From the human T2T-CHM13v2.0 reference genome, Homo sapiens, in NCBI RefSeq assembly GCF_009914755.1, contig NC_060942.1: a DNA stretch of 64,000 bases, one strand, 5' to 3'. Every line of letters starts with the position of its first letter. Position 1 is the first letter of the stretch. This document shows, piece after piece, positions 17,669 to 30,569 of the stretch. The translations under genes and the position numbers were made by a program. The notes below the pieces were generated by a model, which saw only the letters and a list, made by a program, of their open reading frames with translations, was not told the DNA's origin and made no database searches.

Positions 17669-17987
17669 ATTCATTCATTCATTTATTTATTTACTCATTT
17701 ATTTTTGAGACAGGGTCTTGCTCTGTTGCCCAGGCTGGAGTACAGTGGTGTGATTATATCTCACTACAGCCTTGAACTCCTGGGCTCACGCTATCCTCCT
17801 GCGTCAGCCTCCTGAATAGCCAGAACTACAAGCACACATTACCATGCCCAGCTACTTTTTAAAATTTTTTGTCGAGACAGAGTCTGGCTATGTTGAAAGG
17901 CTGGTCTTGAACTCTTGGCCTCAAGCAATCCTCCCACTGCAGCCTCCTAATGTACTGGGATTGCAGGCATGAGCCACAGTGCCCAGC
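17669..17987 (-). mobile_element. AluJ
   Basis: Antisense Alu with (ATTC/ATTT)n tail and CACTACAGCCTTGAACTCCTGGGCTCA. Confidence 0.88.
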
Positions 17988-20900
17988 TCAAAAGCAGTGT
18001 TGAGATGGACATCGACTTGGAGTAGAACTATTCCAGGGAATGCATGTTTGCCTTCTCAGCCCCAGGGATACTTTTACATGCCTACTTGTCAGCCACCTTG
18101 GTGGCCTGCCCTCCTGTCCCGCAGGGGAGACCAACTGTTTCCTCGAAAAAGCCCCTTTATCTAAGCTCACCCCAGGCCCATTTTAGCACCACAAGCGACA
18201 GTTTCTCTGAATTTTCTGATGAGTCCAGCATTTCTCATGCTTCAGTCCGTGATGGTATGGGGTTATTTCCCAGGAACTAGAGCTTTGCCACTCAGCAGAG
18301 CAGTCATCTGTGAAAGCATCTTCCATCCATCCGCCTAGCATTCTGTATGTCAGCACTTTGATGCTTTTTTTAAAAAAAAGTCTGAAGTCTTGATCAGCAT
18401 CTTTAAAATACTTCTCCAGTTTCAGCATTTGGTCAGCAGGTATACCTTCTGGATGGCAGGGAGATCAGATTTCACCTTCACTGGACTTCTGATGAATTAC
18501 ACTTAACATTCGCACAGTGTTTTACAAATAGCGGGGCATTAAAAGGGCACACCCACATCCATTGCTTGGTCTGATTGGCATCAATTTCTGCCTGGATGAC
18601 AGGAGGGCACTGCAGGTTGAGCCCGTTGCATGGACAAGGTTTCAGTGGCTTTCCCACAGCCGAGTCTCAACCACAGGCTCTAACAGCTAAGGCCAGGCTT
18701 TCTCCAACAGCCTCTTCTCTGTGACAAGACACCCCTTAGTTGCCAAGAACAGGGCCAACCCTTTCCCCAGGTCTCCTCCTGCAGCCCAGCTGCTCAGGGC
18801 TCTTGCAGAAAGCAGGGCTTCCTGGAGACAGCAGGCAACCCCTGACTCCTGTAATGAGCGAGGGTGTTAGTTCAGGGGGAAGACACTCGTTTTTAGCACA
18901 TCAGCCCCATGAATTATTGGGGATTTTCTTAGGAAAGTCTTTGTTTTAATAAAAGTTGAAATTGATGTTTGGTTTTGAAATTGACTTTTAATAGGAGCTT
19001 TCGAGGAGAGGGAATGGCCTTTAATCCCTACACGTCAGGTTCACCCATGGTGAGGCTGTGACCCTACCCGACCCGTGCGGAGTGTCAGGCAGGCCTGGTG
19101 CAGTGTGGCTGGTCTGTCCCTATCATTCCTCAGGAGTTAAAACACATGAGGAGCAACCTTGGCTCTTATGAAGAATTCATTTCAAATGGTCTGTTCTTGA
19201 ATTAGAAACACATGTTCAGTTCAGAAAGCAGTCGGCTGCTGGAGAGGTCTCTTTCCAGAATGAGCAGAGTGCTATCCAGCCTTTGTTAGGACTTGGTCAT
19301 AAATGTGTGCGTTCGGCACCCCACGTGATGCTGTGGACTAAGCCAGAGCTAGGAGAGGCCAGGGCTGGGGGCACCCATCCCAGTGAGACGTCGCTTTTTC
19401 ATGACTGTCTCTGCTATGATGTGGCGGGCTGCTTTGGAGCCTTCAGCCATCCACGGCACTCATGCACGGACTCCCCAAGGAGATCCACTGAGGATATCTG
19501 GCTCAAGGAATATCTTAGTTCATTCTTTTTCCTCTGCCTTCCACTAGTGTAACAAGTCTGGGTGTTGAGGGTGTAATGGATATATTAAAATGGATTATAG
19601 TAAAAGACAGAATGATCACTGTCCTATAGGTATCAGAACTGCCTTGTTAGGACCCCAGAATGGCAATTATTTTTGGCAAAATTAGGGTTCCCAACTTAAT
19701 GGCTGGCAGGAATTAGGGTGCATGGCCCATAGCGCCTGTCATAGATAGGTTGAGCCTTCTTTTATTCACCCAATACTTAAATTGTTCAATGTCAGTTACC
19801 AGGCCTTGTGCTAGGCCCTGGGGATGGCAGAGAATTAAGATGCTCAAGTACTCATCAGTCAGCCAGAGAGGAAAGGTCTGAACCACAGAAAGAGCCCCCA
19901 GAGGTTCATGTTGTTTCCTGGTGCAGAGGCAGGACTGTTCAAGCCTGCTGGGCCAATCCAAGAAGGCTTCATGGAAGAGGTGGTTTTGAACTGCGACTTC
20001 AGGAGTGGGTGCCGTTTGTCTCAGTGAGGGTGCTGGAAGAGGCCATTTCAGGGGTGCACATGGTAAAGGCACGAAGCCAGGGAAGTCACATGAGAGCTGG
20101 GTACCAGTGAGCATACTGATGGCAGCCAAAGGAGGCGGGGGACTCAGAACGTCAGGCCGAAGAGAGTCAGTTTGATTTTTACGAGAAGTGGAGAACAATG
20201 GAAGATTTTTGAGCAAAAAATAATATGATTAGAATGCTTTCTAAGAGCATTCTGGAAAAGGTGTGAATGAAGGATCCAAGCAATATTTCCAAATTAGAAT
20301 CAGCTGGGCTTAGCAACAAATTTGTGTGTGAAGGAGCAGGAGGGGGAGACCAAAGGAGAAGGAAGAGTGAAATAGGACTCTGTGCCTGGATGAGGGAGAA
20401 CAAGGGCGGATTTCAGAGGAAAAGGGTGATTTGACGGGTTGGTGAGGACAGGGGAGAAAATAAGGGCCAGTTTGGGTGGCCTGTGCTTTGCCATTTTAAG
20501 ATGCTTTGCTGACTAACTTATCGAGGGTTGAAGGACAGAGGAAAATTCTGTTTTCCCCTGAGTTTTAGATAGAGAGACATACGCTTGGGCTAAAAGGAAG
20601 AAACTAGTGGGGAGGAAGGAAAGAGAGGTTGAGAAGAGAGAGGAGTGATGTCAGATGGAGCTGATCCAAGAAGAGGAGGGAGGGTGGGGCTGGGGCTCAG
20701 GCAGAGGCGTGTGCCCTGGGAGGCAGGCCAGCTTCTGAGCCAGGGAGACGGTGTCCAGAGAGGAGGAAAGAAAAGAAAGATGAGGAGTCAACTCAAGTGT
20801 GCTTGGATTAGAGGGGAAAGGGCAGAAACAGGCCGTCAGTGTCTTCTACAATTATATTTTATAAAAATAAGTAAAATAACACTAAGAAGCTCATAATGAA

Positions 20901-22559
20901 AACCAGCTCCCCTGTTCCCTTCCCCATCCTTCTTCCCACGCCCCAGAGGCAGCCACATGTAAATCTTCCAGCTGTTTCTTTTCTTTGGTACTTACCTCCG
21001 TATTTCTAAATTGATTTATCAGCTTTAGACATTGTATATTGACCCCCCCTTCCTCCCAATTCCCAACAGAGTTATCCTACAGTCAATATGCAACATCTAT
21101 GCTATGCTGAGCTCAATAGCTCTCTAAGGTTGTGTTGCTTTCCTTTTTACTTTTCTCTTAATTGGTAGTAGTGTTGCTTATATCCTATGTATCTATTTTG
21201 GAGTCTTCCTACCCTTCAACAGCCTCTTAATACAATTTTCTACATCATAAAAAGTATCAGATCATTTGTCAGTTCCATTTTTTTTAAAAATTGACCTCCC
21301 TCCTGGAATTCTTGCTCTTTCTGATCTAACCTGGACTGGTTATTTTCTAGACTTTTGCAATAAGGCTTTCAATCTGAGCCTGCCTTCACTACTATCCTAG
21401 AAAAGTCTTTAGCCTCTCTCCCCTTTCTTTTACTCTCTGTTGCTTTTTCATGGTTTACTCCCTTGTTTCAGTAGTGCACATTTCCCAATACCTTTTTAAG
21501 AAAGGGTGCGTGAGAGATGGCATTTTATAATTTTTTAAATATTGCCTGTCTAAAAATATCTTTATTCTACTCTTGTAATTGATGGGTATTTTTGCTGGGT
21601 ACAGATTTCAAGGTTGACAATTACATTCTAGCATTGTTTGATGACATTGTTCCCTTCTCTTCTAGTTTCCAATACTGTTGAGAAGCCTGGTGATGCCTTC
21701 CTGATTTGCAGTCACTTTTTATATTTTTTCCCTTGAAAGTTTGTAATATCTCCTTTTTATCTTCAGTGTTCTGAATGTGGCTTGGTTTATTCCTCTTATT
21801 CAGTAATTGTGCTGGCATCTTTCATTTTCTTCAGTTCTGGGAAGTTGTGTGTTTATTTGATAATTCTCTCCTTACCATCCCATTACCCCTACATACCAGT
21901 TTTTCTGATTTCTTTTTTTCTGGAAGGACTTCCTAGGTTGACCCTTTAATTTTCTTATGATTTCCTTCCTATTGATCATCATTTCGTCATCATGTTCTAC
22001 CTTCTGAAAGATTTCCTTGATTTTTATCTACCAACCCTTTCATGGAAATCTCTGGTTTTGGCAAGTGCCTTTTTAATCAGCAAAGGCTCACCCTTATCCT
22101 CTCACTATCCCTTTTGTATAGCAATCAATTCTTGCATCTTGGATGCAGTATCTTCTACTTCTCTGAGGGTAGGATGTGTTTATTTTCTTGCACTGTGTCT
22201 GTCTCTTTAGAGTTCCTTTTCTTTAGTTGGTGTGGCTTGCTTTGGTCCCTGTCGTTCACACAGGCGGCTTTCCTCATATGTCAGGTGATTTTGACTTTGG
22301 TTCACATTTAATGGGGAGACACTAGATAGAGTTTCACGACTGTGGGCATCATAGGGTCAATTTGAAGAATCCTCCTATATCCAGCTAGAGGTATAAGCAA
22401 GTGGCTGGGAGCTTAGCAGAGGATGGGGACTGTGAGCCTCCTTATTCAGGGAGCAGACTTTCGCTTAGTGTTTTTAGACTGGTATCTTACTCCTATCTTC
22501 CACTGTAGCTGGTATCTGCATGTTTTTCAATCCCTCTGCCTCAGTTTCTCTGTCTAACC

Positions 22560-22747
22560 CAGCCTTTCTCAACCAGGGTTCTAAAGAGATGTAAATCCTG
22601 ATGCCATTCTATTGTATGGCGTGAACTAACTTCTCTGTATCTAGAATGGAATTAGCTCTGTATCATCCTCAGGGAAAACTGAGAGAGTAATCACTCAAAT
22701 TGTTTTCTCTTGGGCTTCTCTCATGGAACATTGGTCAGGAAAGGCTG
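22560..22747. mobile_element. Short TIR-bounded DNA-transposon (hAT-Charlie-like) fossil
   Basis: CAGCCTTTCTCAACC at the left end and GGTCAGGAAAGGCTG at the right end form an inverted repeat; no clear TSD. Confidence 0.55.
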
Positions 22748-22839
22748 TTGGAGAAACTGCCTCTCTCAGGGTGTTCTGGCAACCTGCCTCTGTGGGTGGG
22801 GCGGGGGGGGGGGCATGTATTTGATCTGCCATATTTATC

Positions 22840-23140
22840 TTAGTTTTATTTTTTTAATTTTTAGTTGTTATGTGTACAGAGTAGATATATATATATATGG
22901 GGTACATGAGGTATTTTGATACAGGCATGCAGTGTATAATAATCGGGGTAATAGGGTATCTATTACCGAAAGCATGTGTCATTTCTTTACAGACATTCCA
23001 ATTCTACTCTTTTATTTAAAAATGTGCAAAAGATAATTGCTGACTGCAGTCACCCTGTTGTGCTATCAGATACTAGATCTTATTAACTCTGTCTAACTAT
23101 ATTTTTGAACCCATCAACCACCTCCACTGCCCTTCTCCCC
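22840..23140 (-). mobile_element. L1MA-type 3' end fragment
   Basis: ATGGGGTACATGAG..ATTTTGATACAGGCATGCA...CAGTCACCCTGTTGTGCTATCA.ATACTAGATCTTATT resembles an antisense L1MA 3'UTR. Confidence 0.7.
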
Positions 23141-23149
23141 AGCTTAGTG

Positions 23150-23424
23150 AGGCTGGAGTGCAGCGGGCGATCTCGGCTCCCTGCAACCTCCACCTCCTGG
23201 GTTCAAGTGATTCTCCTGCCTCAGCCTCCCGAGTAGCTGGGATTACAGGTGCGCTCCACTACCCCGGGCTAATTTTTGTTTTTTTTTTTTTTTTTTGGAT
23301 ATTTGGAAGAGATGAGGTTTCGCCATCTTGGTCAGGCTGGTCTCGAATTTGGGGGCTCAAGTGATCCGGCCGCCTCGGCCTCCCAAAGTGCTGGGATTAC
23401 GGGCGTGAGCCACCGCGCCCGGCC
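23150..23424 (-). mobile_element. AluS (tail truncated)
   Basis: GGCTGGAGTGCAG...GAGCCACCGCGCCCGGCC; CpG-rich where it borders the CpG island. Confidence 0.88.
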
Positions 23425-24800
23425 CGCTTAGGGAGTTTTAAAACAAAACTAGACGGCAGGTCGGGAGGCAGCCGCCGATTTTTGTCGGGTCCTAAACAAA
23501 AATCAAATGTGTTGCGCTTTGGAACTCTGGGCATCGTGGGCACCAGGCTGACGGGGGCGGCGGGGATGGCGTTTCTTGGCGAGCGGGTTCCTCAGCCAGG
23601 CCCGGGTATTGTCAGGCGTCCCGTGGACGGTCGGGAGGGGCTTCCTGGAGGGCTCGTTCCGGGAACGAGTTCAAAGGAGGAAAGGGCGGCAGCTTCCGGC
23701 GCCTTCCCCAGAGGGCCGGGAGACGCACGCCAGGAGCTTCCTCCGTTGGAAGTCCCTTCCGCTGGCGACGTGGGCGCTGTGGCCGCGGCCCTCGTGGAGC
23801 CTGAGCCCTCCTCACGGCCTCCGCGCAGCCCTGGGGCCCCCCGGCAGGGTCCCTCGGCAGCCCGCGGGAGAGGCCGTGGGGCCCCGGCAGGAGTGTGGTT
23901 CAGAGACGGTGCGGGGGTCGGTGGCCTCAGGTCCCTTTCAGTCACTTGCGACGCACCCGCGGTTTCCGCGTGCTGTGAAATCGGGAATTGTTGGATGCCG
24001 GAGCCAAGAGTGAGGCCGGTTTGGAAAGTGCAGCCGTCTGCGCCGGAGAGGCTGGAAACGCCCCGGCCCCGGGCAGGGGTCCCCGGCGGCGTCCGGGTGG
24101 CCCGCGGCGTCCTCGGAAGATGCGGGCGGACGCCCGTGTGTCCCGCTGGCCTGACGTCGCAGGGGTGGCCGCAGAGTCCTCACGGGGACCCCGCTCGCCG
24201 GGACTCATGGAGGGGACCCTGACGGGGCAGTCAGGGCTGAGGTTTCCTAATCCCGTGTGTTTCTTTCTCCCCGACGCCCGGCAGAGGCGCCCTCGCCCCC
24301 GCCGCCCGCAGAGGCCCCGAAGGAGCCGCTGCAGCCCGAGCCCGCCCCGCCGAGGCCCAGCGGCCCCGCAACCGCAGAGGACCCTGGGCGACGGCCCGTC
24401 CTGCCCCAGCGGCCCCCCGAGGAGAGGCCGCCCCAGCCGCCAGGCTCCACCGGGGTCATCGCGGAGACGGGCCAGGCCGGGCCCCCCGCAGGCGCAGGCG
24501 TGTCTGGGCGGGGTCTGCCGCGGGGCGTGGACGGCCAGACCGGGAGCGGCACCGTCCCCGGCGCAGAAGGCTTCGCGGGCGCACCAGGTGAGGCCCGGGG
24601 CTGCGCGGGGAGGAGCGCGGGGCTCTCCCGGAACTTCCGCCTGAGCCTCGGGGTCTGCTGAGGGGCGTGGCGGTTCGGGGTCCAGCCTTCGGGGGGGCAA
24701 GTTCCGAAATGCAGCTTTGGAAGGATGCCGAGGCCCGAGGGACCGCTCATGCTAGTCCAGCACACGGAGGCCGGGGCACCTCAGGGACAGTGCAGTCGTC
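23400..24800. promoter_or_regulatory. Intragenic CpG island over EMILIN2 intron 4/exon 5
   Basis: About 1.4 kb of very high GC and dense CpG with GC boxes (GGGGCGG, CCCGCCCC), in contrast to CpG-poor flanks. Confidence 0.9.
24285..24587 (+). CDS. EMILIN2: EMILIN-2 exon 5 (proline-rich region and interrupted collagen-like stalk)
   Basis: ggcag|AG acceptor, CCAG|gtgagg donor, 303 nt; APSPPPPAEAPKEPLQPEPAPP...GQAGPPAGAGVSGRGLPRGVDGQTGSGTVPGAEGFAGAP. Confidence 0.95.
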
Positions 24801-25699
24801 TGTACTTAGACATACTGAGTGGCCCCGCCGGTTGGAGTACGAGTGCCACACGGGCAGCTCATTGATTCCCAGCAGGAAGGATCTTGGAAGCCAGAAGGGT
24901 ATTGGGAGCTTGGGTAGCAGCAAAGCAGGTGGCACAGCAGCGTGGCTAGGCAGGAGGGCTGTCTACCACGGGCTTCGGGACTTGGGGCAGCTTCCTGAGC
25001 TCTCTGAGCTGCAGTTCCTTCAACCACAAAATGAGGAGAGTGCAGGACCTCAGAGGCTTACTGTGAGGATGGAGAAAAGCCCAGTTCAGTGCCCCACTGG
25101 GAAGTGCTCCCCATGAGTTGTGAATGTCTGCACCATTACTGTCGTGGTGACAGTGGGGGTGGTGTCAGAGTAGAGACAGGAGAAGGAAGTGAGCATTTGT
25201 GGGATACCCACCACGTGCCAGGGACTGAACCCTATCTGGATCTCCTGCAGCCCTCCCAATGGCACTGTGAAGCCAGTGTTGTTTTACAGATGAGGAAACT
25301 GAGATTTGTGGCTATAACAGATAAACAGATGACCCTGAATGGGGCAGGTCATGTCATCTGCCATAGATACATGCATAGAACAATGCAAACCAGTCAGTCC
25401 CCTCTGAGTCAGACCAGGCTGACCATCAGGGACATGCAGACACTGGCAGGGCTGGGGTTGTTCCCCATCGGTGATAGCCTGGTGCCCCCATGGCCCCTGA
25501 TGCCCACGGCTGTCTGGAAGGCTGGGTCACTGCTGAGAAGACAAGGAGACATTTTCTCTCACCAGCTTTCTTTTTTCTATTCCTTCTTAGACACCTGAGC
25601 TGCGGTGATCACAGCTCTTAAGCAGATGTCCTGCATTTTCTAAGATAACACTTATCTTCTGTTAGTTCCATGTATCATGGATGCTTAGGCTCTCTTGGG

Positions 25700-26045
25700 C
25701 TATTTGTTCCCTCATTTGTCCATCCACGCACCCTTCCGTGCATGCAGCACTCACCCATGCATCTATCCGTGTATCCCTTCCATCCATCCTTCCATCCAGC
25801 CACCCACCCACACATGTATCCGTGTATCCACCCATCGATACATCCATCCACCCACATATGCATCCTCATATGCAGAGGCTGGGGCACCCCAGGGACCCAC
25901 CCACCCATGTATCCATGCACATATCTGTCCACCCACCTATGCATGTGCACATCCTTCCACACATCAAGCCGTGCACTCTTCCCTGCGTGCATCCACTCAT
26001 CCATCTATTTGTCCCTCCACTTCTGCACCCACCCATCCATGCCTC
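25700..26045. repeat. Degenerate (CCAT/CATC)n simple repeat
   Basis: Repeated CATCCATCC/CACCCACC units; yields spurious His/Pro-rich ORFs. Confidence 0.8.
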
Positions 26046-26444
26046 CATTTAATAAGTACTGCATTCAGTCTAGTTGAAGGTAGAGCTCTTGAACAGATAA
26101 CACTGCTAGAGGGCAAATGTTAGTTGGCTTGTGTGACTCTCTCAGTCACAGAGAAGTCTCCAAGGCTCCAGTGCCCATCTCTTTCTTTCCTGCAGCCAGC
26201 TTGCCCTCAGTGCCCTCTTCCCCGCCAGGGATAAATGGGCTAGTGAGGAAGCAGGGACGGGCTGGTACAAATGTGCCTCTGCTTGAAGGAGGGCAGTGAC
26301 AGTGGGTGCCCTTGTTCTATGTCTGTTTCTATAGTAGTGAAGACTCGATTTGAACTTGTGAGGAGCAGAGGAAAAAGGGGGCTCAGAACAAGGAGCTGGT
26401 GCTTAGGGTCTTGTTTGACATGCCATTTCCTTTCTGTTTTTCAG

Positions 26445-26477
26445 GATACCCGAAGTCACCTCCTGTAGCTTCCCCAG
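26445..26477 (+). CDS. EMILIN2: EMILIN-2 exon 6 (33-nt micro-exon)
   Basis: Strong pyrimidine tract tttctgtttttcag|GA, CCAG|gtatgt donor; encodes (G)YPKSPPVASP in frame. Confidence 0.92.
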
Positions 26478-27192
26478 GTATGTCTGCTGAGAGACCAGGA
26501 GCAGGAGGAGCGGTCTCCTTGGTGGCCTCTGCCCCTCCTCTGCATCTCCTGCCTCCTCCCTCCAGGCTATTAGCACAAATCAAGCCTGGGCCCAGCCCTT
26601 CCCCACCCACCAGCACTGGGACAGCCCTCTGCTGACTATAGTGGACCAAATTCCCCAAGGTTTGCTCCCCAGAGAGGGTCAGAGTCAGGCCCAAGACAAG
26701 GAATCTTCCCTCCTCCATCATCCCAGCTCATTGAGTTTCCCAAGGGGATCACTGGGTGGGCCTCTGCCCTTGTGTGGTCCTGATGAGCTTCCTGGGGCTC
26801 CAGGTTTTACTGATTTATTAGTAAGGAAGCAGCTCCCTAGATGATGATGCACCCACTGCCTGGCCTGGCCTCCTAATATGTGTGCTCACAAGTGTGTGCA
26901 CACACTCACACGCACATACACATGCTCATCTCATATGCTTACATGCCCAGCCTCACACACACCCTCCTAACAAGAGTCTGTCCGGTTTCTCAGATTCCTC
27001 AGCTGTCCTGCCTGCTGATCCTCAGACAGGGAACCCTCTGGCTGTTGGGCATGAGGAGTTTGCTTCACCACTTTGGGTGAAATAAAATGGGCCTGGCACC
27101 TGGGCCTGGCACGTAGGCCTCAGTTTTCCAGGCCCTCCCCCTGGAGGACAGAAGCACCCGGGTCAATCCATTCCATCCTTTCTCTGCTCCAG

Positions 27193-27321
27193 GAGCTCCG
27201 GTGCCTTCTCTGGTGTCTTTTTCTGCGGGGCTCACCCAGAAGCCTTTCCCCAGTGATGGGGGCGTTGTCCTCTTTAACAAAGTGCTGGTGAACGACGGGG
27301 ATGTTTACAACCCCAGCACCG
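27193..27321 (+). CDS. EMILIN2: EMILIN-2 exon 7 (start of gC1q domain)
   Basis: ctccag|GA acceptor, ACCG|gtgagt donor, 129 nt; [36 protein letters not shown]. Confidence 0.96.
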
Positions 27322-28514
27322 GTGAGTGTTTGAAGGGAACTGGTACTGTGTCCTCCTCCTACCCCAACGCAGGTGGGACCCCTCCCACCATGGCTGGCTG
27401 GTTCCCAGCGTCCCGTGGGCTCAGGGAGGACGCCACCCTGGAGCAGATGCCCGAGTGGGCCTGCACTCCTCTGCCCGACTCTGTGGGCTTTCACGTAGAA
27501 CGTGTCCCAGCTCGAGGGCTGCAGGCTGCATGGGTGTGTAACATTTTCTAGTCGTGAGGTCAACACGCTAGTCCTCAGCATTCACCACTGGGGTTGCTAT
27601 TCATTTTTTACAGCAGTTATGAGGGCTGTGCCGGCACAGCCCGCCATGCCCTGGCCACCTCTGATAGCCACCATTGCACCCCTCTCTCTCAGGCTCCGAC
27701 AGTCATCCTGACAACCTGGGCCAGGACAAGCGGGAGGCTCCCTCAGGGTCTCCTAGTTTATGATGAACAGAGCCACAAGAGGGACTGCGCTCCCCAGAGG
27801 GCCTCATGCTCTGCAACAGAATCCCTTCAGCTGGGAGCCTGAGTCTTTCTGCAGCGCCTGGCGTGTCCCCCTGCCCCGGGTTGTTGCTGGAGGTCCCAAG
27901 GATCATGGGTGTGGAGTTTACCTCCGAGTTCCCTGTGTCCCATCAGTGTCCACCTGGGCTGGGCTGCTCTGCCCGGACGGAGGGCAGCTCCAAGGAAACA
28001 GGGTCCAGGGGTGCCTGGGCCCATCAGGACAGAGCTCCCAGGCAGGTGTGGGGAGGTCCCCACAGCCCGGGGTCTTTCCTGACGTCTCTCTCTGCCCTCA
28101 GCAGTCACTGTTCTGCTCACGCACTGTGAACAGGGCCTCCTGGAGGGGGGTGGGGCAGTGGATTTCAGGGAGGCCTTGCCACCCATAAGCCACTGGGAGG
28201 GAGGGGGACTTGGTTTCCTTCTTGGTAGTTTTTAGCCACCCCCAGCCTCACGTTTGCCCTGTCTAGTCACTGTCTGGCTAAATCCCATCTGTCCTTAGTC
28301 AGTGGCTCTTAACTGTTATGTTAGCAAGCCTAAGTTACCTGCAGAACTCAGAGAAATGAATTCTCAGTGCCCCAGGCTGATTAAGCTGGAGCTTGGCATC
28401 TAAGGTCAGGGCGAGAGGGAACGCCACTTACTTTCCACCGCCATGTAGCTTCCTCCTGGGCCCCACAGACCTCCAGGCCTCTGCTCAGAGTGGCAGTGGC
28501 CTTTGGGGTCAGTA

Positions 28515-29158
28515 CATCAGGGAAGGGGAATCCATACAGGCCTCAATGCTTGCCTCCTCAGAAGAAAGAATTTGACCAAGGGGCATGAGGCAGAGTGAGA
28601 CTGAGGCAAGTTTTAGAGCAGGAAGGAAAGTACACTCGGAAGACGGCCAAGTGGGCGACTTGAGAGATTCAAGTGCGGTCTGACAGGTGACTTGGGGTCT
28701 TATACATTGGCATGCTTCCAGGGTTGCGTCCCTTTCCTGATTCTTCCCTTGGGGGGCCGTCCGCATGCACAGGGGCCTACCAGTGCCTAAGAGGGGGGCG
28801 TGCGCAGTGTTTCCTGGAGTTGTGCATGTGCCCACGTGAGGTGTTCTTCCTGTACCAGTCAAGTGTTCCCAGGAGGTCACACACCAGTTAAACACCATTT
28901 GAAACATCATTTTTGCCTCTTAATGCACATGCATGAGCTTCATCGCCCAACTCCGGAGATCTTATCTGGAAGCAGCTGATCATCAGCTTCAGGTTTTGTC
29001 TGACTATTGGGCGACTGCCTTTCTGTGGTGCTGGCTGCAACCAATCATTAATTTAGAGAGACAGTTAACAACTGCAGGACCATCATCTGATGGTTGCCTG
29101 ACATTCCTAGTTGGGGTAGGGGCTCTCCTGCCCTGCTCCCATCTGCCTGACTGTAACA
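28515..29158 (-). mobile_element. ERV1 solo LTR, MER50-like
   Basis: Reverse strand begins TGTTACAGTCAGGCAG..GAGCAGGGCAGGAGAG..GGAATGTCAGGCAACCATCAGATGATGGTC..GTTGTTAACTGTCTCTCTAAA, matching the MER50 consensus as recalled. Confidence 0.75.
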
Positions 29159-29536
29159 AGGCCATGCTCCCCAGGTCACTCTGCACTGCCTTGGCCATAG
29201 GGATGGTTCGTCTGCTTGGACAGGTTGGGTGGTGCTTGCAGGCAGGGACTGTGACCTATAGTCTCGCATTCCCAGAGCTATCTCTTGTCTTGCATGGAGC
29301 AGGTGCAGAAAGAAAATTCTGGGTGAACTGAGTGAGGCTTCACCACAGGCGACTCTGAACAAAGGTGAAGGCCACACTCAAAACGCCAGGGCTGGTGCTG
29401 GCCTCAGGGCCAGGTACCTTAGGAAGCATCTGGAAAGCCCTCAGTTACTTGCTGTTCAAAGTTGGGAAGGGGACTGGGTAGCCAGACCTCTTCTGTTTTC
29501 CAGAGCAGATTGAAGGCTTGGGCTCCTGACAACCAC

Positions 29537-29843
29537 TTTTTTTTTTTTTTTTTTTTTTTCTGAGACAGTCTTGTTCTGTCACCCAGGCTGGAGTGCAGTG
29601 GTGTCATCTCTGCTCACTGCAACCTCCGCCACATGGGTTTAAGGGATTCTCGTGCCTCAGCCTCCTGAGTAGTTGCGACTACAGGTGCACGCCACCACGC
29701 CCATCTAATTTTTTTTGTATTTTTAGTAGAGATGGGGTTATCCGTGTTGGCCAGGCTGGTCTCAAACTCCTGACCTCAGGTGATCTGCCCACCTTGGCCT
29801 CCCAAAGTGCTGGGATTACAGGCGTGAGCCACCACGCATGGCC
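29537..29843 (-). mobile_element. AluS
   Basis: Full-length antisense Alu with T-tail. Confidence 0.9.
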
Positions 29844-30569
29844 AGGACCACCCTTTTTAGCTCCTGGGCCCTCCGCTTTATGTCCACTCTTGGCTTGTTG
29901 TCAGCGGCAAGGTCCGGTGTCCGCTGCGGAGCCCGTGAGTGATGGCCATTCCTGCCGGCATTTGGTGTTGGCACTGACTCTCCTAGCTGTGGGGCCACCT
30001 ACAGCTGCTTCTGCTTAGCGAATTGTGACATGTACAGATCTTTCCACCTTCCTCACCTTTGGCCACCACTTCCTTTCCCACCCTGGGCCCAGAACGTGTG
30101 GGTCATGGGCTGAGTATCAGTGCTCACTTCTGGCCATTGCCCAGCATGGGGAGAATGGGCCTCTTCCACGAGGAGCCTGGCATGGCCCCTGGGGTTACAA
30201 GGTGCCATGTCTGCCTCTCCCTGGGTTGGTGGCAAGCTTCGTTTTTATTGGCCCTGCCTCACGGGTATTCTGCCCAGCAGCCAAGCTTTGAGGCTGACTT
30301 TAGCCTTTAGGTGCTTCCAATAAGGAATGCCTCCAAGAGGCATTCTTAGGCCCATGGCAAAAAGTGGTATGGGCTAAGGTGGCCTCCGCATCACGGGTAG
30401 GCTGTAGGGGATGAGCATAAAAAGAAGCTGAGGCAGGCAGCCAGCTACCATGGGAAGACAGAGATGGCTGGTCTCCCAGGCCCAGGTTAATCACTGGGGG
30501 GCCACTTACTACCATGGCAAGGGCTGTGACGACAGCAGGTGAGCACAGGGTTTGCCTTTCTCCCCGCAG

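Noticed and set aside
23576-24765. Many overlapping 117-252-aa ORFs on both strands
   Set aside because: Expected from stop-codon scarcity in a CpG island. Only the exon-5 frame and the 23566-23908 frame have splice support.
25662-26123. His/Pro- and Trp/Gly/Met-rich ORFs
   Set aside because: Translations of a degenerate (CCAT)n simple repeat.
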